Positions 55,270 through 64,000 of a DNA stretch of 64,000 nt are shown in pieces. The stretch is from contig OZ024743.1 in NCBI GenBank assembly GCA_964016885.1, positions 114,762,001-114,826,000 on the forward strand. The letters run 5' to 3'. Below the pieces are notes generated by a model. It was not told where the DNA came from. It worked only from the letters and a program-made list of their open reading frames with translations, and made no database searches. Origin of the DNA: Eledone cirrhosa (taxonomy: Eukaryota). Position 1 is the stretch's first letter. Every line of letters starts with the position of its first letter. A program made the translations under genes and the position numbers.

Positions 55270-55560
55270 ATAATTTCTTGGGGAGATGAAGGGGCGTTGC
55301 CGTGCCCTAAGTCGTGCCTTGGTGTTAGGCAATTTAAACCTGGCAAACCCATCCCCTCTCCAGATCTGAATCCAAATGATTCCTTAGAGTGAAGGGAGAA
55401 GGAAAGAAACAGATATAGACGAAGAATCAACCTTTGCATTTGACTAGTACTTCTTTTATCAACCTAGAAAGCATAAACTGCAAATTTAACTTTGGCGAGA
55501 TTTGAACTCAGAGAGCCAGAACAATGGCCGCGACTTGTTCCATCCAGCGTTCTAACGCCT
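55270..55560 (-). mobile_element. SINE head plus extended tail (composite)
   Basis: Core at 55440-55560; tail similar to 31888-32040. Confidence 0.55.
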
Positions 55561-55928
55561 GATCCTTAATCAAAATATACATAACTGATCAAAATATTAT
55601 TAGTATATATATTTACAATACAAGTAAAAATATAGGAAACACATGTCTATTTTAATGTATCGTGTACAAATTGATGTTCCAGTAAACACAAAATATAATT
55701 TGAAAAAAATTTGAGATAAATTAGCCATTTTGAATTAATACCACCGATGTCGGCTTTGCCTTCCATCTTTCTGGGGCTGATAAAGTAAAGTACCAATAAT
55801 AGAATGTCTCCCATGAAATTAACATACATATTTCTAATATATTTTAACACACATATGTAGTTGTCTGTGTATATACGCACATGAGTATCTGTAGAAATAC
55901 CTGTTCACTCACTCACACATACACATAA

Positions 55929-56024
<96 letters not shown>

Positions 56025-56258
56025 TGTGTGTGTTTGTACACACACATATACATATATATTTTAAAATGTATTGAGTAATTTATTGAATAATGGTCTGCGT
56101 CATTTGGTTAAGTGCTGTCGGTACCTGGGAGGTGGGTGATCATTGTCAGGCCCTACTGGTGATGTCACCATTTCTTGTGTCCATGATGGGGAAGTAGGCC
56201 ATCTTTAAAAAGAAGGATTGCAAAACTTGGTGCCACTCGATAGCAATTAGACAGCCAG

Positions 56259-56350
56259 TATGTATGTATGTATGTATGTATGTATGTATGTATGTATGTA
56301 TGTATGTATGTATGTATGTATGTATGTATGTATGTATGTATGTATGTATG
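56259..56350. repeat. (TATG)n microsatellite
   Basis: Direct reading. Confidence 0.95.
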
Positions 56351-56484
56351 TGTATGTATGTATTGGTATGTATGTGTATAAGTATGTATATATATATGTG
56401 TGTTTGATTGGAAATCGATTTACCAATAAGAGAATAATGATAAATGTGAGATATATATTTTTATATATATATATATATATATAT

Positions 56485-57457
56485 TTAAGGCGGGTAAAAT
56501 TCCCGAGATCCATGGACGAATTCTCTCTAGCGGTCTCTGTCCCTCATTATCGCTGCCATATCCTGCATCTCCAACAGACCAGTGTCTGTCCTTAGGGCAT
56601 CAACATATGTTAACCTTGGTCTTCCTCTTCTAGTGTGTCCATGTAGGGGTTCCCAAAGGAGTACTGAGTGCAATGTCAACTCTGGATGTCGGTGAGCATG
56701 TCCAGCCAACCTCAATCTCCTCTGTGTCACTTTTGAGCTGACTTTTGGGATGCTCCCATACAGCTCTGAGTTTTTCATCCTCAGTGTATACTGATTAATG
56801 TTCAGAGCCATCCTCAGCATTCTCGTGTAGCACCCATCCACCATCTGAGTGAGTTTCTTGGTCAGTGTCTAAGTCTCAGACCCATACAGCAGCACAGACT
56901 CCACTACAGCAATGAAGAGGCGGACTTTCAGGTCTCTACGAAGGTCCGACTTCCACACCGATCTCAAGCTGTGGCACGCCGCCCAGGCCTTGCTCTTCCT
57001 CTCAACCACATCATCCTCCGTATTCCCAATCTTTGCTCCCAAATACAAGAAGTCCTCAACCAATTCCAGCGGCTTTCCGCCTACATTAGTGATCCCCTCT
57101 GGCTTCTCAACATTCTCTACCAGATATTTTGTTTTAGTCTCATTCATTCTCAGCCCCACACTCATCGACACAGTCTCAACCTCCCGCATCAAATCCTCTG
57201 CCTCCTTCACTGTATTTGTCACCAAAACTATGTCGTCGGCAAATTCAGCATCCGATACCTTTTTCGCCCCAACTCTCCTGCTCTGAGCCATTGCTACAGT
57301 AAAGCCAGAGTCCTGGTGTTTCTCCAGTGCAAGGCGCATACAATAGTCCACTACGATGATAAAAAGGTAGGGAGCCAATGTATCTCCCTGGAGCACTCCA
57401 GCCAGTATCTCAAAGAACTCTGTCATCCCATCAGGTGTAATGACTTGGGCTTTGGTG

Positions 57458-57458
<1 letters not shown>
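56485..57458 (-). mobile_element. RTE-clade LINE, 5'-truncated
   Basis: GVLQGDTLAPYLF, EFADDIVL, FLYLGA, VLLYGSET, then [14 protein letters not shown]. In-frame stops at 56869 and 56527. (TA)n at both ends. Confidence 0.9.
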
Positions 57459-57505
<47 letters not shown>

Positions 57506-57549
57506 ATATATATACCTATATATATATATACACATATGTATATATATAT

Positions 57550-57955
57550 CTAAGGCGGGTAAAATTCCCGAGATCCATGGACGAGTTCTCTCCAGCGGTC
57601 TCTGTCCCTCATTATCGCTGCCATATCCTGCATCTCCAACAGACCAGTGTCTGTCCTTAGGGCATCAACATATGTTAACCTTGGTCTTCCTCTTCTAGTG
57701 TGTCCATGTAGGGGCTCCCAAAGGAGCACTGAGTGCAATGTCAACTCTGGATGTCGGTGAGCATGTCCAGCCAACCTCAGTCTCCTCTGTGTCACTTTTG
57801 AGCTGACTTTTGGGATGCTCCCATACAGCTCTGAGTTTTTCATCCTCAGTGTATACTGATTAATGTTCAGAGCCATCCTCAGCATTCTCGTGTAGCACCC
57901 ATCCACCATCTGAGTGAGTCTCTTGGTCAGTGTCCAAGTCTCAGACCCATACAGA
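57550..57955 (-). mobile_element. Second, shorter 3' copy of the same RTE LINE
   Basis: Near-identical to 56485-56890, but has Trp codons where the other copy has stops. Confidence 0.9.
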
Positions 57956-57970
57956 CATATATTTATATAA

Positions 57971-58024
<54 letters not shown>

Positions 58025-58025
58025 G

Positions 58026-58067
<42 letters not shown>

Positions 58068-58070
58068 TAC

Positions 58071-58161
<91 letters not shown>

Positions 58162-58442
58162 AAGATCGGAATTAAGAGTATTCCGCAGTTCACTGTAATA
58201 ATAATAATAGTATTAGCTCAGAGAAGAATAGAGAATTAAGAGTATTCTGAGCTCAAATGCAAATATATTTTACACAAAGAGGAGTTTGTTACACAATGAG
58301 ATGTGTGTAAAGAATTATTACAAGTGAGTTTACCGTTACTGTATAGAGAACAATATCTACAGGTTAGCAATTAAATAGAAAAAAACTAAGTCAGAATCAA
58401 ATCTCTGGATTAGAGTTTTAAATTACCAACCTTATAACTATA

Positions 58443-58521
58443 TTTTGCTGATACGAATCTCGCTTCGTTTCACCACTTATATGTGAAGTATATCAGGTCA
58501 CAGGATCCTCAGTCAGCAAAA
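58443..58521 (-). ncRNA. Type-I hammerhead ribozyme
   Basis: Minus strand reads ttttgctga-CTGAGGA-stem II-GAAA-cgaa(gcgaga)ttcg-TA-tcagcaaaa. Stem I is 9 bp. Confidence 0.8.
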
Positions 58522-58547
58522 GCGAACACTGAACACTACACATATAT

Positions 58548-58608
<61 letters not shown>

Positions 58609-58617
58609 TATATATAT

Positions 58618-58665
<48 letters not shown>

Positions 58666-59051
58666 GAAAGAGAGAGAGATGGGTGAATAAATGTAGAAGG
58701 AATTAGCCTGAACATATGTATTTTGAAAGAATGTCTGAGTTCCATTTAAAATATTCGATTATTTCCCCTTTGGAAGAATTAGTTTGGTAAAGCAATTGGA
58801 ATCCAATAGCTTCTGGGCTAATGGGAAATGTTCTACTCTTTTGTAAGTTCCTTGTGTGTCATAGAAAAATATATATCATGAGAACAGACATCGACCTCTA
58901 AAATAAACGGAATAGAAAGAAAATAATACAAAACAAGAACCATGAAAACAGAAATGAACATGAAAATAATTCCTAAACCATTATTTCTATATACTTTTAT
59001 GCTGAATACAATATAAGCTTAAAAACAACTACAAAAACAGCGTCAATAATA

Positions 59052-59462
59052 ATTGTTTCTACATTTGTCACATAACCAGCAATTTGAAAGGAAGGGGAGT
59101 CGAGTAAATCATTGATGATTCTTTAATTTATCGACCATGGAAGGGTGAAACGTAAAGTACCGTAACTACATGCCACAAAGCATGTTGTTCGAAGCTCTAC
59201 CGAATTTGCCAATTCACCCCTCTGCTCATATATGTAATAATTGTTTCTATATTTGGAGTAAGGCCAGCAATTATAAGGTAAGCGGAAAATCGATTAAATC
59301 GATTAAATCGACACCAGTTCGTTACTGGTACTCTATTTTTACCAACTCAGCAAGGATGAAAGGCAAAGCCTACCTCCGTGGGATTTCAAGTCAGAGCGCA
59401 ATAGAACATAACTATGAGCTGCAAAACATGTTGTCCGACAATGTAACGATACTGCTAATCCA
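59052..59462 (-). mobile_element. Two adjacent SINE copies (59052-59220 and 59238-59462)
   Basis: Each begins aattgtttcta...ccagcaatt and contains the g(a/g)tgaaa core. Confidence 0.65.
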
Positions 59463-59706
59463 AAGATAATAACAAAAGATACAGCTAGATTATTGATTTT
59501 AGTATGGATGGATATCTGAAAAGATATGAAATAGTATCCTACTTATTTAATTGATGAAGTAGGTTAGTATTTTATTCAACCCCGTGTATTCGTTCTATTG
59601 CACCACTCAGTCACACGCACACACTCTGACTCTCTCTCACATACATATGCATATATTTATGTATGTATGCATGCATGTAAATATATACATTCACACTGAT
59701 ATATAT

Positions 59707-60152
59707 ACTAGACCTGAAAAATGCGCAAGCTAAAAAGAGCCACAGAATGTTATAATAAACCTTCAAAAGTGTGTGGCTAGTGTTGTTGCTAAAAAATATT
59801 GTAATCATTACCTATCGTACACTCTGTGGCATCCTTTTATAAAAAAGAGACTCATAACGAACTCAAGACGTCACGATAATTGTTTAAGCTAATGTTCAAT
59901 ATCTCATATTAGATGTTTAATAATGATTAATACGAAATGCACTTAAAACGAATTCTATATTAAAAATTCACGTAAATAATTATCGTGTCGTCTTGAGTTC
60001 GTTATGAGTCTCTTTTTTATAAAAGGATGCCACAGGGTGTACGATAGATAATGATTACAATATTTGTGAGCAACAAATCTAGCCCCACATTTTTGAAGGT
60101 TTATTATAACATTATGTGGCTCTTTTGAGCTTGCGCATTTTTCAGGTCTAGT
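59707..60152. mobile_element. MITE-like element with ~175 bp terminal inverted repeats
   Basis: Arms 59707-59881 and 59978-60152 (actagacctgaaaaatgcgc...gcgcatttttcaggtctagt). Ends are symmetric; no TSD recognised. Confidence 0.7.
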
Positions 60153-60232
60153 TTAATATTTTTAAGGCAACGCTTGTAATAACTCTAGTTAAACATGACA
60201 TATATTAATAATAAATTATCGTTGTAATGTAA

Positions 60233-61149
60233 TCTATAAATATAAAACTGAGGATGTCTGTATGTGTGTGTGTGAGATTGAATCCCTAAAACTCGAGAAC
60301 CACACAACCGACTGTTTTCAAACTTTGCACATGTAATACTTATGTTTCAGGGAGTGTTCTGAGCAAAATAAATTTCAAATTTTCAATGCCCTAGGGACCG
60401 CATTAGGCGATTTAGCGATCTCTCTCTATAATTCTTAGTCTTCTTCTTTTTAGATAAATACATACATATAACGTCGCGCCCTTATAATATCTGTCTGTAT
60501 ATCTGGCTGTCTGCATTACGTCACTTCCCTGAGGATGTCTATGTGTGTGTGTGCCTGTGAGTTTGAATCTCTAAACCTCGAGAAGTACCCAACCGACTTT
60601 TTTCAAACTTTACATGTGTATTACTTATGTTTCAGGGAGTGTTATGCACATACAAATTCAACTTTTTGATCCCCTAGGGTCCGCTTTAGTTGAAAAACTG
60701 TGTTTTTTCAGGTTTTTAGAGCTTTTTGAGTCATTACGTCAGACAGATTTCCTTGAAATTGTAACTATGTGTTAGTCAGTCTTTTCACACCGTGAGCAAA
60801 GACAATACAACTTTTTTATGGCCAAGGGCCCGCATTAGGTGAAAAACTTCATTTTTTCAGCTTTTTAGGGCTTTTTTGAGGCGTTACGTCTAGCCGATTT
60901 TTCCGAAATTTCAAGGCATATTATGCACATACAAATATTCATTTTCTGATCCCCTAGGGCCTGCATTAGGTGAAAACCTGCATTTTTCCTGTTTCATCGA
61001 GGAAAATCTTAAAGATTATCCAGCCATCAGAGTATTCAGTTTATTTTCTTTACATATTGTCCACGCATGCAGTTTTTCCACGATTAGGTTTGTTGGTGGC
61101 CCGCGTTCCAAAATACCTTATCCCGTGCAACGCCGGGTACCACTGATAG
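60233..61149 (+). mobile_element. Non-autonomous Helitron-like element with internal tandem repeats
   Basis: A|TCTATAAATATAAAA 5' end, 3' hairpin cccgtgcaacgccggg (61122-61137), then ATAG|T (degenerate CTAG). Internal duplication starting ~60248 and ~60529. Confidence 0.7.
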
Positions 61150-62000
61150 TTAGATTATATAATTGTTATTTTAAAAATGATCTTATAAATATTATTGTAA
61201 GATGTATACAAATATTTTCAGACTTTTAATATAAAAAACTACAAAAAAAAAAAACAATCAATATTAAATAAATATATTTTACATAATAATTGTTATAGTT
61301 GAATTAATAAAAATTAAATATTACACACAAATAGTCTAACATAATAATAAAAAAGTGATCTAACATAATAATAATAAAATAATCTAACATAAAACGAACA
61401 ATAATATGGCCAAATATACAAGTAAATATGATACAACCAATATTATAAGCATGTTATAACGAACTGAAAAAAAATAGTTAATATAAATTCAAAAAATCAT
61501 ATATAAATTAACAATATAACTTACCAAAACGAGAAAAATATTTTGAAGATAAACGACGAAATACAGGAGGAAGATTCGAAAGCGAAACGATAAATAAACG
61601 TGCAAACAAAGTGGCGAATGCTTTTGAGTAACAATTACTCTCATTGGTTGATTAGCCAATAAGACGATGATATTAACCAATAAGACGATACATTACAAAA
61701 GATGTTTGGCAGGCATCACCACGGCCAGCGAAACACCTTGATTTTTTTTATTCACAAGCTACGCATATATGTCATGTCAGAACACGCAGACTTAAAACAT
61801 TCTGTTGTTAGTCACTGCGTGTATAACAGATATATATATATATATATCCAGGGAGTGAAACTTGTAGTTACTGTAGGTTCACCCGAGTGAGCACTCGACG
61901 TTTAGGTTCACTTCTGTGTCGAGTTGTAGAGCTAGACAGAGTGTATAATAGTAAAATAAAACAAGGACGAGTGGTTACTCCTTCATTACTTTTATTGGCC

Positions 62001-62089
62001 GGTGACGCGTGTTTCGCCACTGATCAGCTCAGGGTTCGATCTGTATCGATCTAGCCAGCCCGGCTCTGTAATCCACGGCTCGTCAGACC
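62001..62089 (-). ncRNA. Type-I hammerhead with expanded stem II
   Basis: Minus strand reads ggt-CTGACGA-gcc(~60 nt)ggc-GAAA-cacgcg-TC-acc, then aataaa. Confidence 0.65.
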
Positions 62090-62414
62090 CCTTATAATGG
62101 TAATGTATATATATATATATATTCCCCTCTGACAGTTTCGCTAGATTAAAGTGTATCTCTAAAGCGAAGGAAAAACAGACTCATAAATAAAGGCAAACAT
62201 GTTTATAATATTGTTGGGCTCCAGAACCTCTTCAATCGTATCTTCCATATGGGCAGAATTACAATCTATAGCCATAGACCTTATGAGATATAAAGTATTT
62301 TAGCATTGCATATGATGTTGTGAAGTGTTTGAAACCATTGTGTTTACTGCTTTTCAATACTGCTCAACTGTTTATATTGAAACTGGTCATATTTGAAACT
62401 CGGTTTAATTTGGC

Positions 62415-62742
62415 TAGTTCTTTGACTACATCTATTTCCATGGATCTGTAACTCGTGATGGGGTCGTATTAGTGCCGTAATGACATACACCTTTCTTTAT
62501 TACTTTAAACATAGCATAGTTCGTCTCCTCTCCATATCCGAAAACAGTCGATTTCTTTTTTCCGGTGAAGGAGAGAAAGGTAGAGCGAGAGGAAGTGAGA
62601 AGGTGATATAGAGAAACAAAATATACCCCGGTACTGGACTGGTACACTTTTATCGACCGCTAAAGGATGTAAGGCGTAGTTGACCTCGATGGGATTTGAC
62701 CTCAGAACAGAGAGCCGAAATGATTACTGCCAATTCATCGCC
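62415..62742 (-). mobile_element. SINE head plus extended tail
   Basis: Core ttttatcgaccgctaaaggatgtaaggcgtagttgacctcgatgggatttgacctcag; tail similar to 1978-2030. Confidence 0.6.
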
Positions 62743-62859
62743 ATACATCTTTTTCTTAAGAAAGATTACATCATACAGTGCTGCTCTAGATGTATGATAG
62801 ACCTTTGATATTTCATTTCTATAACTTCATTAGTGCTGGCCATCTGAAGGAATATCCTA

Positions 62860-63300
62860 TATTGTGTTAAAAATTGTATCCCAAAGCAATGTTATCAATA
62901 TCTCTTTTCTCTGAATTGACGTTATCACTGAATCTGTTATGAAAGCTCTTATAATGTGAAAATAATTGTTGGTACAATTCATATAGATCAGGGTTATTAT
63001 GATGGAAAAGTCTGTTAATTCTTTCAAATTCCTGCACGCACAGCAAGCGTGGCAAATTCAAAGACTTAGTCTTTCTTCTGGTTTGACATACTTTCTTCTA
63101 TCATCCTTAGTTTACATCGTGTATCAAACGTTAATCTCTAAAATACAATAGCAGAAAATACGCCTCGAGCGCTTTCTTATTCAGCAATTATAAAACTTGA
63201 ATTGTCCACGCAGGAGATATCGTTTGGAGAAAGGTTTTCAAAATGAAGTAGCACATTTCGAATTGGTTCAAACTCTGCAGTTCTCTACATTACTTTAAAC
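62860..63300 (-). pseudogene. Possible degraded hAT-like transposase fragment
   Basis: Frameshifted peptides ALEAYF, FDTRCKLRMIEESM..FEFAT and VQEFERINRLFHHNNPDLYELYQQLFSHYKS resemble the hAT central region as I recall it. Not verified by a search. Confidence 0.35.
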
Positions 63301-64000
63301 AACCCTTTGTACCTTTATGTCTTATTTCAACTGTGGAATATCTGAGAGTAGAAACAATGTATTTCATAACTTTGATACATATAGTACCAATGAATAACAA
63401 ATATATTTGAGCCGAAACAGGAAAGTTTTAGGCTAACTCAAACAGAGTTTCTACACCCAAACATGTTTTAGTCACATTTTAAAATTCTTCTTCAATCAAA
63501 TTGAATATATTTTTCCCGGGACTGCTTTCTATGAAACTAAAACTAAAAATTCAGGAGAAATTATATTTTTCATCACGTAAAAACCCCTCTAAAAGTTTTT
63601 CTTTCGATTCCTCAATAACCTAATCACCACTATCTTCACCCCCCCCCCCCCCACCAACACCACTAACACCAACATCCCCACCATCATCCCCCTTCATCAT
63701 CCACCAGACACCACAATCACCGGTGCCTAGGATTGAGAATCTGACACGCGTATAGTGTTATTTTTCATGGCTTATTCATAGGAGAAATGGCGAAGTGTCC
63801 ATGATTCATTTCACATCATGGATTTGCTATCTGATAGATCTTGTTATGACTATTTGCTGACATTTTATAGATTTAAGTATAAAAAACCAAACTAATAGTC
63901 TAAAACCACACAAGTAAAAACAAAAAGAAAAGAAAAAAGCTGATGAAGTGAATTACGGCAGTTGAAATATTCAGCAGAAGTAGATGATGCGTATTCCACA

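Overview
AT-rich, microsatellite-dense eukaryotic intergenic or intronic DNA. I could support no host gene. The SINE family and repeat landscape suggest an octopus-like cephalopod, but that is inference. The window is almost entirely mobile DNA. It holds: (1) three Penelope-like element (PLE) coding relics, one Neptune-like and two Naiad-like; (2) many short non-coding foldback elements sitting in (TA)n tracts that look like PLE termini and carry type-I hammerhead ribozyme (HHR) motifs, about 11 with a canonical core plus two families with a compensatory U3-A8 core; (3) a ~16 kb head-to-tail array of four R4/Dong-type restriction-endonuclease LINEs joined by (TAA)n, one of them intact except for a single A missing from a homopolymer; (4) RTE and L1/Tx1 LINE fragments, a DD37D (maT) Tc1/mariner relic, a probable hAT relic, Helitron ends and a MITE; (5) about 14 copies of a Meta-domain-like SINE. 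There is a 200-N assembly gap at 20420-20619. All alignments and folds were done by eye, so element boundaries are approximate.
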